Positions 1 to 12,514 of a stretch of DNA of 64,000 nt are shown piece by piece. The translations under genes were made by a program, and so were the position numbers. Position 1 is the first letter of the stretch; the number at the start of each line of letters is the position of its first letter. This DNA is from Mobula hypostoma. Lineage: Eukaryota. The notes beneath the pieces are model-generated. The model was not told where the DNA came from, searched no databases, and saw only the letters and a program-made list of their open reading frames with translations. The DNA lies in assembly GCF_963921235.1 (NCBI RefSeq), contig NC_086118.1, positions 28,646,001 through 28,710,000 of the forward strand, read 5' to 3'.

Positions 1-109
1 ATAAGGTTGGTTGGAAATGTGTCCTATAACCTGTCCGACAAAACAAAAGTGCATGGCAGTTATAATTAAGTTATTGGTTATAAAGTGTTAGTAGATTGGC
101 CTAATCTCA

Positions 110-907
110 AACAATAACAAGATGGCCTACAGGGAAGAAGTTATCTCTGACACAGTGGTGTCAAGAAAACAACTTCTCCCTCAATGTCGCAAAAACAAAG
201 GAGCTGGTTGTGGATTACAGGAGGAAAGGAGACGGGCTATCCCCTATTGACATCAATGGATCTGGGATTGAGAGCGTAAACAGCTTTAATTTCCTCGGCA
301 TCCAGATCACCGAAGACCTCACGTTGCCTGTACACACCAGCTGTGTGGTGAAAAAGGCACAACGGTGCCTCTTTCACCTCAGACGGTTGAGGATATTTGG
401 TATGAGTCTGCCAAATCCTAAGAACTTTCTACAGGGGCACAACTGAGAGCATCCTGACTGGCTGCATCACTGCTTGGTCTGGGAACTGTACCTCCCTTAA
501 TCGCAGGATTCTGCAGAGAGTGGTGCAGACAGCCCAGTGCATCTGTAGTTGTAAACGTCCCATGATTCAGGATGTTTACAAAGACAGGTGTGTAAAAAAA
601 GGCCCAAAGGATCACTGGGGACCTGAGTCACCCCAATCACAATCTATTGCAACTGCTACCATCCAGGAAACAGTACCGCAACATAAAAGCCAGGACCAAC
701 AGGCTCTGGGACAGCTTCTTCCACCAGGCCATCGGACTGATTAACTCATGCTGATTTGAGTGTAATTCTAAGTTGCATTGACTGTTCTATTTATTATAAC
801 TTACTCTGATTGCACATTGCACATTCATTCAGAGACGTAAGTAAAGATTTTTACTCCGCATGTATGTGAAGGGTGTAAGAAATAAAGTCAATTCAATTCA
901 ATTCAAT
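110..907 (+). mobile_element. 3' fragment of a Rex1/Babar-clade LINE (degenerate RT C-terminal region and 3' tail)
   Basis: ORF 210-446 (DYRRK...INGSGIESVNSFNFLGIQITEDL...VVKKAQRCLFHLRRLRIFG) matches the post-RT region typical of Rex1/Babar LINEs. It ends with AATAAA (881-886) and a (CAATT)n tail. Confidence 0.8.
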
Positions 908-1386
908 TTTCTTTTCACTACAAAAATATTGGTGAGAGCACTATCAATTATCTCTGTTGAATGCCATTTCTAAACTGCTAAATTTTTTAGAACAATTGTC
1001 CCCCTCAGTAGCTCAGAAAAAGCTTGTTTGTAAAGTTGTCGAAAATATGGAATGGTCACAGCTTAGTGAGGTCCACATAATAACTTGGACCTGGATGAAC
1101 AGGACAATAAACAGCAAACCTTTTAAACAATCAGTTGTGAGAATTACACAGGGATGGCCATGGACACAATGAATTAAAGTGACTGCTTTCAATCTAAAAT
1201 TAGGGTTGGAAAGTAAACTTGTATTAAGAAAGTTGTTATGGTGGTAAGAAAAATATAGAAGAAAGTATTTTTAAATTCCTTCTCACAATCATTTCAACAC
1301 TGTCGCAGTAGCATTTTTTTCCAGTACCAGGGAGTTTGATGGGCAGTAATCATCATGTTACTGAAAAGGAATCTGTTCTGAATTGT

Positions 1387-1636
1387 AAACACAAGGAAAT
1401 CTGCAGATGCTGGAATTTCAAGCAACACACATAAAAGTTGCTGGTGAACACAGCAGGCCAGGCAGCATCTCTAGGAAGAGGTACAGTCGACGTTTTGGGC
1501 CGAGACCCTTCGTCAGGACTAGCTCTTCTTTCAGTTAGTCCTGACGAAGGGTCTCGGCCCGAAACGTCGACTGTACCTCTTCCTAGAGATGCTGCCGGGC
1601 CTGCTGCGTTCACCAGCAACTTTTATGTGTGTTGCT
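1387..1636. mobile_element. Penelope-like element pLTR-derived fold-back insertion
   Basis: 101-bp inverted arms (1421-1521 and 1536-1636, 3 mismatches, 14-nt spacer). Flanked by the direct repeat GTTCTGAATTGT (1375-1386 and 1637-1648). The right arm is homologous to the 3' end (about 40240-40350) of the GIY-YIG element at 39666-40350. Confidence 0.85.
1537..1572 (+). ncRNA. Minimal type I hammerhead ribozyme motif in a Penelope-like pLTR
   Basis: AGTC-CTGACGA-A-GGG(TCTCGG)CCC-GAA-ACGT-C-GACT: both core boxes present, stem I AGTC/GACT, stem II GGG/CCC, palindromic ACGT stem III, GUC cleavage triplet at 1566-1568. Confidence 0.75.
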
Positions 1637-1902
1637 GTTCTGAATTGTTTGTATCTACTGCAAAACACAACTGTGTTGAGCCAGTCTTCGCAATGCTGTT
1701 CTCACAGATAAGCCAATTTAGACAGTAACCTTTGCGTATTCATTGTTAACCATAGATTTTGTGCACAAATAACTGTTGACCATAAGCCTTACCCTACCTT
1801 TGAAAGAAAATCCCAACGCAAAATATCATCATGCTACCAGATGAAACAGCTTACAATGGTTGTATTTTATACTTTGATTATAATTCTGTTAATGTTCCTC
1901 AG

Positions 1903-2032
1903 GACTCACATGCAGAACCTCAAGGATGTAACCAGCACCATTCACTATGAAGCGTACAGAGTTCAGCGGCTGAGTGAGGGGAATGGGATTTCCAATGGAT
2001 TAGCAGAAAAGGATTTGAACAGCAACATGTAA
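1903..2032 (+). CDS. SEPTIN9: Terminal coding exon of a septin-9-like gene (SEPT3 subgroup)
   Basis: Splice acceptor ttctgttaatgttcctcAG (AG at 1901-1902), then (R)THMQNLKDVTSTIHYEAYRVQRLSEGNGISNGLAEKDLNSNM*. This closely resembles the septin-9 C-terminus as I recall it (RTHMQNIKDITSSIHFEAYRVKRLNEG...NG.EEKE) more than SEPT3 or SEPT12. Upstream exons lie outside the window. Confidence 0.9.
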
Positions 2033-3055
2033 AAGGTGTTCAGCTCATCCTCCTTGCTGCTGAATTGTTTTGACCAGCTAATAATTTAGGTAAAAACTAC
2101 GTGGTAGTGTATTGGCACTGCTTATTTTAAGATTATTTATTCCACACGATGTAGTTCTGTTCACAAAAAAAAAGACTCAACACGTCGCAAAACTAAGTGA
2201 TGCGTACTTGCCATGTTTTTATATTAGTTAGGTTCATGGGTGTCCTTTCAGATGAGACCAAAGAGATTATTAAGAAATATTTAGCAGGGAGTCACGAAAT
2301 TTATCTTGTGGATGAAATTTTCTTCTGTAATAAAACTAAATTGTTCTGGGGAAGCATATAGCAAAACTGTCAATTTGAGAGCAAAATGCTTTTTATGTTA
2401 ATTTGTGAACAGAATGCCTTGTGGATTAAACATTGCTTTTAATACTATTGCAGTGCTGAAGCTAATTAAGTGTTTTACTGAACAAAAAAGGAAAGTAATT
2501 GGCTTAATTATTACTGCTCTATTTATTTCCAATATATTACTAGCATGTTTCAGTATATCAAAACACATCCAACTGACATGTATTCAAGAAAATCCCCAAA
2601 CTATTTTTGTTCCTTGACTGCTTTCATTGGAGGTGAAAGATAACACAAAATTTAAACCACGAAAAATTGTGAAATAACATGGGGCCTGTTGTACAAAAAA
2701 CAAGCTTTTTAGTGATGTAAACAATATTATACAATAGGTAGAAATAATGCTTCTTTGCCAAAAATTGTATTGCTCACTGAAAGATATAAGGGTATAGTTT
2801 CATTAAAATAAGGCACTTGTTGAATCTTTATCCATCTAAACAAAGTGTAAAGGAAATGTCATGTTAGTCACTCAATACTTTGAAAATGTAATTAATTATA
2901 TTGAAAATTGAAGCTTATCTTTTGTCTTTCATTGTATGACCTTTGATGTGCATTTTTGGGGGTTTACATTGTCAAATTAGACTTTTTGTATAAAATAAAA
3001 AAAGTGTGTTTGATATATATTTCCTAAAATAAACATTGCAAATTTAATGTTTTTA
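2033..3055 (+). other. Probable 3'UTR of the septin gene
   Basis: Repeat-free AU-rich stretch after the stop codon, with AATAAA at 2329-2334, 2994-2999 and 3028-3033. The last is followed by T/GT-rich downstream sequence. Confidence 0.6.
2994..3033 (+). promoter_or_regulatory. Tandem polyadenylation signals
   Basis: AATAAA at 2994-2999 and 3028-3033, with a downstream U-rich tract at about 3047-3075. Confidence 0.55.
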
Positions 3056-3349
3056 ACAGCCTTTTGTATTTTTTTGACTTTGCTCATCAGACTTCAAATT
3101 TTATTTGCTGGCCTGTTACTTTTATTTACCATGGTTGGCCTTAGTGGTGTTGCTTGCATTCTATACTGCAGCTGTGTGTGTGTTTAGATTGCATCAGAGG
3201 ACAATTTACGATTAGCATGAAGCTGAGGACATGTATATTAGATGGAGCAAATGGGATGATATCCTCTTTTATTTTAGAAGATAAATATTTGATTCATTGA
3301 ATGTACCCAACCCAGAATCTGTGGATGTATCAAGAGTTTTGCAGTCTGC

Positions 3350-4560
3350 TCAGGACTAGGTCTCTGTCAACTGAGGTCCATGATGCAGAACCCTACAAGA
3401 AGTCCAGGTGGGACCTGGAGAAGGCCACTGGGAGATTGAACTGGCAATTCTTTGTGAAGTTAGAGACACGATTGGATGCACATCAACTGTGGCAGGGTTT
3501 AAATGCCATTGTTTCCCATTAAGTGAAAACCAATAGCATAATTGGCCAGGATGCTTCACTCATCAATGTCAACACCTTTTATGCATGCTTTAAATGGGAG
3601 AATGAAACTACAACTGTGCAGATCCCCATAGATCTGGTGACTCTGCGATCTTGGTCTCGGATACTGCCGTCAAAGCATCTGTCAAGAGGGTGAACACTTG
3701 CAAGACGTTGTGGCCTGAAGGTATACCTGGCAGGGTACCGAAAATCTGTTCCAACCAACTGACAAGAGGGCTCAAGAACTCCTCCAGCCTCTCACTGCCG
3801 TATTCAGAGATCCCCACCTGCTTCAAAAGGGCATCAACCACACTGGTGCCCAAACAGAGCAGGGTGAGCTGCCTTAACGACTATCGCCTTGCCGCACTCG
3901 TACCTACTGTGACAAAGTACTTTGTGAGGTTGGAATTAACTCCTACCTGAGCACAGGTATGGACCTGGACCAGCTGAAGTTTGCCTATAAGCACGGCAGG
4001 ACTACTGGACGCAATCTCACTGGCACTCCACGGGGCTTTGGATCACCTGCACAATAGAAATGCAAATGTTAGGCTGCTGTTTATTGATTACAGCTCGATA
4101 TTCAACACCACTATCCCCTGAATACTAATCAACAAGCTTCAAAACATGGACCTCTATACTTAACTCTGCAACTGCATTCTTGACTTCCTCATTGGGAGAC
4201 CACAGTGAATGCAGAATGGAAATAACATCTGCTTACTGATCATCAACACAGGGGCACCTCAAGGAATCCTGCTTACCCCACGACTCTACTCTCTCTACAA
4301 GGGAGGTTCTCAATCTGGGGTCCACTGACCTCTCAGTTAATGGTAAGGGTCCATGGCATAAAAAAAAGATTAGGAATCCCTGGATCCACATTCATGACTG
4401 TATGGCTAGACACAGGTCAAACACTAACTATAAATTTGCCAATGACAGCACTGTTGACAGAATTACAGATAGAGGTAAGGAGGCATACAGGAGTGACATA
4501 GATTGGCTGGTCAACAAATTTCATAACTTATGTCGGTGAAAATAACCCTGATTCTGATTT
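3350..4560 (+). mobile_element. Degenerate Rex1/Babar LINE (RT region) with internal deletions
   Basis: Peptides LWQGLNAI and IPTCFKRASTTLVPKQSRVSCLNDYRLAAL; downstream 'ctgtttattgattacagctcgatattcaacacc' (LFIDYSS.FNT) and 'ggggcacctcaagga' (GAPQG). Ends with a CTGATT-type tail. Confidence 0.8.
4298..4382. mobile_element. ~80-bp hAT/Charlie-like MITE inserted into the Rex1 LINE
   Basis: Degenerate CAGGGGTTCCCAAC-type TIRs; homologous to 6281-6362 and 33317-33396. Confidence 0.55.
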
Positions 4561-5952
4561 ATAGTGATATCAGAGCTTCATGATTTCTCTTGGTTAATTT
4601 TAGTTTTTTCTAATTTTTCACCGAACCAAGAACAGAAAAGCTGATCACTGAAATAGTACATAGCATAAGTTTAGGATTTTGCTCCTTTCAGAATCATTAT
4701 TTGTTTAGTTAGCACTTATTCACCCAAGATAAATGAAAGAATTATCTTCAAGCTAGCAGGTAGAATCCCATGGCACTAGATCAAAACAAGTGAAGAATAG
4801 GGAATCTTTCTGATATAAAGTCTTTTTGTAAATAATAGTTTCCAGGGAAATTTGGTGAGGTTTTAGTAGTAGGGATATAGAGCAGTTTTTTTTTCTTCAT
4901 AAGCTATGATAATGAATTTTGGAACACACGATCTCCAGATTGAAATGTATTTTATTCATAGGCAGTTTATGTATTCACGGTATTATATTTTATGTATTTT
5001 TATGAAAATTATACAGAAGTCAACATTTTGAGTCTTTAAATATTTTAGTAAAAATATTAATTTAACCAATAATAGCTGGCTTTGTGCAACTGAAAAGAAT
5101 GGAGAAGTGGTTCCTAAACCAGGACTGGTCTGCAAAGTTTGTTTGATCACATCATCACTATGAGAATCCAAAGTCTGGTGCACAGTCAGCAAAACCAGAA
5201 GAAGCAGCTCTCCTTAACTTCAGGTCTTTGCTTTTCACACAGAGATCCGGCAGGTGGGTGGAGAACAGTGAGATATGCCTTGCTACCTCTAGTGGTAAGA
5301 TGGTATGAGAAGAGGACAGTGTTTGTGGAATGGGAAGAGAGAATGAGAGAATTGCAGAAGGAAGGATCTCTGAAAGGGAAGGGAACATGTGAGTTAGGTT
5401 GGCATAAACCGAGGAGGATGATCATTGAATACAGATGCTCGTAAGATCAAAGGTGAAGGCAAGTGAAATCCCATCCTTGTTCTGGGTGAGAGGAAAGGGA
5501 ATGAGTATCAGAAACGTGGGAAATGGTATAGCCATAGTTGAGACCTTTGCCAAAGACAGTAGAGGGCAAACAAAAAAAGCATTTTGGATAAACTGCTATC
5601 ATAGGAACATACAAGGCAGCTATAGTAAGAGGAAGCGTGGAGCAGAATCCTTGTAGGAACCAAACTGTGATGAAGTCTTTTTAAGGTAGCTGTGGCTACT
5701 AGATGCCAAACTATTTCTGGAGGCGGAGACAGAGCAGTCGATAAAGGAGGATGAAAATTCAGATGGAATGTGAAAGTGAGAATCACAACTTGCTACACTA
5801 ACCTAGGCTAAGTAAGTCATTTATTCTGAGTACAGTAAATTGTGGAAGGCGTTTGATGATAATATTGTGCTGGTACCCTTTGCTTTTGGGATTAAAAATT
5901 CTGCCTGCTCTAGTTCAACTGAAAATTATGACAGCAGGAACAAGTATGGTGT

Positions 5953-5985
5953 TATAACGCAAGTATAACACAAGTATAACACAAA
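5953..5985. repeat. Three copies of an 11-bp tandem repeat (TATAACACAAG)
   Basis: tataacgcaag tataacacaag tataacacaaa. Confidence 0.8.
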
Positions 5986-6280
5986 TTAGTCAGAAAAATT
6001 ACAGCATTTCCTTCAAAGGTTTCTGATCTACTATGCAAATTATTGGTGACTCATTTAAATGAATGCACATCTAGTATTCTTCTGCTGAAAAACAATGTCT
6101 GAACGTAACATTCCTTCCAGTTTGTTCTTTGTGGAACAGCAGTTGGGGAAAAGGACCATTGTTTTTGGAAAGAAACAAGAATGGATCATTTCCAGATGTT
6201 AGTTTTCTTGATCATCGAGTCCTGTAACACAGATGTGGTGAAATTGATTTGTGTTTTTTTTAATCAAGAAGGCGATAGGA

Positions 6281-6362
6281 CAGGGGTTCCAAACTTGGGC
6301 TCCAGGGACTTTCTTGCCAAATGGCATTGGTCCATGGTATAAAAGAAGTTTGGGAACCTCTT
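6281..6362. mobile_element. ~80-bp hAT/Charlie-like MITE
   Basis: Begins CAGGGGTTCCAAAC and ends GTTTGGGAACCTCTT. Shares the internal 'ggtccatggYataaaa' with the 4298 copy. Confidence 0.6.
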
Positions 6363-7026
6363 CTATCAAGTATGCATCAACATAGCCCCATCTTTGGAAT
6401 TTCTTTTTGCTCCTTAAGCTCGAGTTATGAAGAGTTCAATTAATGGGTTTAATTTTACTTATATTTGAACAGTTATGTTGTGAAAACCATGCATGTAAAA
6501 TAAATGAATATGAGTGATTTCACTATTTAAACCAGTAAAGAATATTTGGGGAAGATAGCAGGAATCAATGGTAAATAATTGTCAATCTGAAATGGACCCC
6601 AATATTCGTTTCAATATTTTTAATTCTACACTAGTCCAAATCCAATAACTGTAAAATTTCCCAGTTACATTTCCCAGTGTAACAATGTTAATATTATGAT
6701 TAATAAGATCTAGCTATAAAACAATAGCAGCTCATTCATGTACAGTGCATCAGAATCAGGTTTAATATCACTGGCATATGTTGTGAAGTTTGTTCATTTT
6801 GAGTGGTTGAGGTTTCTTTCCCGCAAAATTGTGAAATTCAGATGCTGAATTTTAGTATCTGATGGAGTGTGAATGTTCTCAGACTCCTGTGGTGTGCTAA
6901 ATAATTTGGTCTGCAGTGAAGCGCTACATAATAATAAAAAAATCACTAGAAAAACTCTTCCCAGCCCAAACCATTTTTAACCTGATTCTGATAAAATAAG
7001 AAATGGTATTATTTCACAATATTTTT

Positions 7027-10000
7027 AGACAATAGACAATGAACAATAGGTGCAGGAGTAGGCCATTCAGCCCTTCGAGCCAGCACCACCATTCACTGTG
7101 ATCATGGCTGATCATCCACAATCAGTACCCTTTTCCTGCCTTCTCCATTCACTCCGCTATCTTTAAGAGCTCTATCTAACTATTTTTTGAAAGAATCCAG
7201 AGAATTGGCCTCCACTGCCTTCTGAGGCAGAGCATTCCACAGAACCACAATACTCTGTGTGAAAAAGTTTTTCCTCAACTCCATTCTAAATTGTCTACCC
7301 CTTACTCTTAAACTGTGGCCTCTGGTTCTGGACTCCCCCAACATCGGGATCATGCTTCCTGCCTCTAGCGTGTCCAATCCCTTAATAATCTTATGTGTTT
7401 CAATCAGATCCCCTCTCATCCTTCTAAATTCCAGTGTATACAACCCCAGTCGCTCCAATCTTTCAACATATGACAGTCCCGCCATCCCGGGAATTAACCG
7501 CGTGAACCTACGCTGCACTCCCTCAATAGCTAGGATGTCCTTCCTCAAATTTGGAGACCAAAACTGTACACAATATTCTAGGTGTGGTCTCACCAGGGCC
7601 CCGTACAACTGCAGAAGGACCTCTTTGCTCCCATACTCAATTCCATTTGTTATGAAGGCCAGCATGCCATTAGCTTTCTTCACTGCCTGCTGTACTTGCA
7701 TGCTTACTTTCAGTGACTGATGAATAAGGACACCTAGATCTCGTTGTACTTCCCCTTTTCCTAACTTGACACCATTCAGATAGTAATCTGCCTTCCTGTT
7801 CTTGCCAGCAAAGTGGATAACCTCACATTTATCCACATTAAACTGCATCTGCCCACTCACCCAATTTGTCCAAGTCACCCTGCATTCTCATAACATCCTC
7901 CTCACATTTCACACTGCCACCCAACTTTGTGTCATCTGCAAATTTGCTAATGTTACTTTTAATCCCTTCATCTAAATCATTAATGTATATTGTAAATAGT
8001 TGCGGTCCCAGCACCGAGCCTTGCGGTACCCCACTAGTCACTGCCTGCCGTTCTGAAAAAGACCCATTAATCCCTACTCTTTGTTTCCTGTCTGCCAACT
8101 AATTTTCTATCCATGTCAGTACCCTACCCCCAATAACATTTGCTCTAATTTTGCACACTAAACTCCTATGTGGGACCTTATCAAAGGCTTTTTGAAAGTC
8201 CCGGTACACTACATCCACTGGCTTTCCCATGTCCATTTTCATAGTCACATTCTCAAAAAATTCTAGAAGATTAGTGAAGCATTAGTCAAACCTTTCTTAA
8301 AAAGTGGGATAACATTAGTTACCCTCCAATCTGCAGGAACTGATCCTGAATCTATAGAATATTGGTAAATGATTACCAATGCGTCCACGATTTCTAGAGC
8401 CACCTCCTTAAGTACCCTGGGATGCAAACCATCAGGCCCTGGGGATTTATCAACCTTCAGTCCCATCAGTTTACCCAAAACCATTTTCTGCCTAATGCAA
8501 AATTCCTTCAGTTCCTCTGTTACCCTAGATCCTCTGGCCACTATTACATCCAGGAGATTGTTTGTGTCTTTCCTAGTGAAGACAGATCCAAAGTACCTGT
8601 TCAGCTCATCTGCCATTTTCTTGTTCCCCATAATAATTTCACCCGTTTCTGTTTTCAAGGACCCAACTTTGGTCTTAACTAATTTCTTCCTCTTCACATA
8701 CCTAAAGAAGCTCTTACTATCCTCCTTTATATTTTTGGCTAGCTTACCTTCGTACCTCATCTTTTCCCTCCGTATTGCCTTTTTAGTTATCTTCTGTTGC
8801 TCCTTAAAAGTCTCCCAATTCTGTGGCCTCCCACTCACCCTTACTATGTTATACTTCCTCTCTTTTATTTTTATACTGTCCTTAACTTCCCTTGTCATCC
8901 ACAGTCACCCCTTACTCCCCTTAGACTCTTTTTTCCTCTTTGGAATGAACTGATCCTGCACCTTCTGTATTATTCCCAGAAATACCTGCCATTGTTGTTC
9001 CACTGTCATCCCTGCTAGGGTATCTTTCCAGTCAACTTTTGCTAGCTCCTCCCTCATGTGTCCATAGTCCCCTTTGATCAACTGTAATACTGACACTTCC
9101 GATCTTCCCTTCTCCCTCTCAAATTGTATATTAAAACTTATCATATTATGGTCACTACCTCATAATGGCTCCTTTACCTCGAGTTCCCTTTTCAAATCTG
9201 GCTCATTACATAACACTAAATCCAGAATTGCCTTCTCCCTGTTAGGCTCTAATACAAGCTGCTCTAAGAATTTATCTCTGAGGCATTCCACAAACTCCCT
9301 TTCTTGGGGTCCAGGACCAACTTGATTTTCCCAGTCTATCTGCATGTTAAAATCCCCCATATATTTCTTATACTCCGTGCATTCATATGTAATACTTTTA
9401 ATCCTCAATACTTTTACTTCCCTCACCTTTTACATCGATTCCAATTGCACTTGGCCATACTCTCCGATCCCTTCCTGATCTTTCTGCCCCTTTAATTCTG
9501 TTGTCTGTCTTAACTTTTCTTATTCTCTCATTCCCTTTAACTCCATTCTTATATTTATAGAACTACCTTTGCGACATGCCAATTTTAACTCTTGATTTAA
9601 CTTACACCTTATATCTAGGCTACTGTTTGGGGGCCTGTAGATAACTCTCATCAGGGTCTTTTTGCCCTTGCATTTTCTCAGTTTTATCCATACTGACTCT
9701 ACATCTCCTGATTCTGTGTCCCCCCTCGCAAGTGACTGAATTTCATTCCTCACCAACAGAGCCACCCCACCCCCTCTGCCAACCCATCTGTCCTTTCGAT
9801 AGGATGTGTAACCCTGAATATTCATTTCCCAGCCCTGGTCCTCTTGCAGCCATGTCTCTGTTATTCCCACAACATCATACTTGCCAATTTCCAGCTGAGC
9901 CTCAAGCTCATCCACTTTATTTCTTATACTCCGTGCATTCATATATAATACTTTTAATCCTCAATACTTTTACTCCCCTCACCTTTTACATCGATTCCAA

Positions 10001-10213
10001 TCGCACTTGCCCATACTCTCCGATTCCTTCCTGATCTTTCTGCCCCTTTAACTCTGTTGTCTGTCTTAACTTTTCTTATTCTCTCATTCCCTTTAACTCC
10101 ATTCTTATATTTACAGTTCGTCCCCTCCGCCCCCACTACTTAGTTTAAACACACCCGAGTAGCAGTGGCAAACCTGCCTGCCAGAATGCTGGTCCCCCGT
10201 CTGTTAAGGTGCA
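7027..10213 (-). mobile_element. CR1-clade LINE, 5'-truncated, with near-complete but disrupted ORF2 (APE endonuclease + RT)
   Basis: Collinear minus-strand ORFs: 9520-9942 (NARSIRNK, VGITETWL, IYRPP), 9160-9426 (GDFN, ILDLVL), 8263-8898 (KSPGPDGLHPRVLKE), 7838-8098 (SGVPQGSVLGP, FADD), 7180-7878 (LVRPHLEYCVQFWSP, RTRGH). (ACAATAG)-type tail at about 7027-7049. Frameshifts and a deletion near 8281-8290. Confidence 0.95.
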
Positions 10214-12113
10214 ATTATTTGAATTATTGCAGTTATTTATTTGAATTTAAACATTTTGACTAGCATTAAACCATTCAAAACAGATGGAGAATCATCAGTT
10301 CAAATATGACACACTAATTGAGAATACTTAAATACAGAAATAATCGAAACAGAGAGGATAAGATGGTCAAATCACAAGCCAAAGAAAGTCTGCGGATGCT
10401 AGAATAAGATGGAATAACAGGATAAGATGGTAGGTTCCTTGAGCGTGTTCCACTGGTCAATTAGATTTGAGCTGACTGGAACCTTAAAGCTATTTACCCC
10501 AAGCCTATGACCCCTTCTTACCTAGACACTAACTTAAAACTGGTACAAAGTTGTAACTTTTGATTAACTTGAATATTCTTTACGTAGTCCAAAAATGCAT
10601 GACTTTCCTTGAACTTTATTTGACTTTTAATGTCATTGTTTTTAAAGTATTTAGGTAATCCATAATCTTGTTGGAGACAAAGATTAGATTATTTTAAACT
10701 AATGAGATTAAATGTAATAATGAAATATTTCCTGTAAAGGTTTATCTGCAACATTTAGATAATTTCAAAGCATCACGAAGTTTCTGTAGGTCGTTAATTA
10801 AAAGTGCAGGAAATAGATCAAAAGGGCTGTATTTTACATCCCATCTCCCCCAAACAATGGTTTCTCAGAAAAAGCTCTGTACTAAGATGAAAAAGATTGC
10901 ATTAGTTCAATAATACGTTATCTATTTGATAGAGTGCCTTTGATGAGACAGCCACATGTCCCTGGACTTAAATAATAAAAGTATAGAGACTTTGTTAACC
11001 CAGTGTGAACACATTTAAACATATAACCAATTTCAAATCATGTTTGTGTATCTTATGTTATTGTAAATAATCTATGATTAATGTGTGTTTTTTCTTCTTG
11101 TGACTGCTGCTTATACGATGCTATGTGCCTGTGATACTGCTACAAGTAAGTTTTTCATTGCTCCTGTACACACATGAACTTGTACAAATGACAGCTCCAC
11201 TATAAACTACGTTTGGAATTTTAAAACAAAAACTTTCAGTACTAGCTCAGACAAAAATACCACAAGAAGAAGATCATTGGGCTAAGGTTAAATCGATGCC
11301 GATCGAAGGACCAGAAGGGCCTATTCTGCACTGCATCTCAAAAAATAAATAAATTACATAATCTCTTGATGAAACTGGCTTGTTCTATTTTAAGGATTCT
11401 TATTGAACACCACAAAGTTATCATCATACTGATTGATTTGGAGAGGGGTTTATGAGGTTTCAATGAGATGTTGTGCTACTATCCAAAACTGAACTAAAAT
11501 GATTGCCAACTACCACGTGATCACCATAATTTCCCAAGTACGTTTGTAGATTCATTTTACACATTTTGGTTACCAAGTAGGTTCAGGCAAATAGAAATGA
11601 AAATTGTAATTCTGGTGATCCACTTAGCTGCTTCCAAGATCACGGTTTTGTATCCATACTGCTGCATTCAGTGTGTAGCTGAAAACCCACTTTTAAAGCA
11701 AAGCAACTGAACTACTTTTATTGTTTTCTTAGCCTTGCCCTGTTACTGTCCACTTGGAAGATTTAGTCCAAATATATGATGTTATCTAGATACTGGCTCC
11801 ACTAATGCTCTCAGTGAATCACAGGCAATGGAAACTGTTGTAAGATTTCTCATGCAGTAACAAATGCAATTCTATATATGTGCACTAACATTCCTAAGTG
11901 TATAAATTCTTTTATTTCATTAGAACCTAAAATTCCACAGTCTCTTGATTAGTTGAAGAAACACTGCTAGGGACTAAAGAGCCCTTAATAGCAACATAAT
12001 TCAGACTCTTGGAGAATAATCTTGTCATTGATCACTAAACATCTGGAAGGCATAGTGAATGTAACTATATTGTTCGTGCGCAGACTGATGTCTGGTATAA
12101 TATGTATTAAAAA

Positions 12114-12514
12114 TTCGGGCAGGTGGGGCTCGTCAGCCTTGGACGGCAGCCCACATAGGAAAAGGAAAACTTTGATTTTAAACCTCCGCTGCCTTGCGGC
12201 CATACCCACCCATGCGAAAGGCTTCAGTAGTAAACCCTGAGGAAGGATTTCGGAGCTGGAGTCTCTAAGGCAGTTTGATGATGTTGTTTATAACTTCACT
12301 CTGGCATCCTCTGCGACGACATTGGTGCCAAGCTGTATTGGCGCTTGCCCTTCCCTTGGGCTACATCAGTGACATAGAGAGGGGGAACCCACTGCATGGG
12401 CTACAGCCGGTTCTTCAAATCTTCCCTCCCAGGCTTGCCCCCTGGATAGGACACAGACCAGCAGAGGCACAAACCCATGATGCCCAGGATCGACCAATGC
12501 CTACCACTACTACT
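12114..12514 (+). mobile_element. Non-autonomous short retroposon with an RTE-5'UTR-like head and (ACT)n tail
   Basis: Homologous inverted copy at 47381-47726. Head 'ggggctcgtcagccttgg...ggaaaactttgattttaaacc' resembles RTE-clade 5' ends. The 3' half is shared with the SINE at 63617-63938. Confidence 0.65.

Noticed and set aside
1353..1728. Near-identical ORFs on opposite strands (MLVN.AG.AASLGRGTVDV)
   Set aside because: Artefact of the inverted repeat; this is non-coding pLTR sequence.
1841..1902. N-terminal hydrophobic part of ORF 1841-2032 as a signal peptide or small membrane protein
   Set aside because: It is the T-rich intron end before the AG acceptor; septin similarity starts only at 1903.
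7259..9325. Plus-strand ORFs of 153, 194 aa and shorter
   Set aside because: Antisense shadows of CR1 ORF2.
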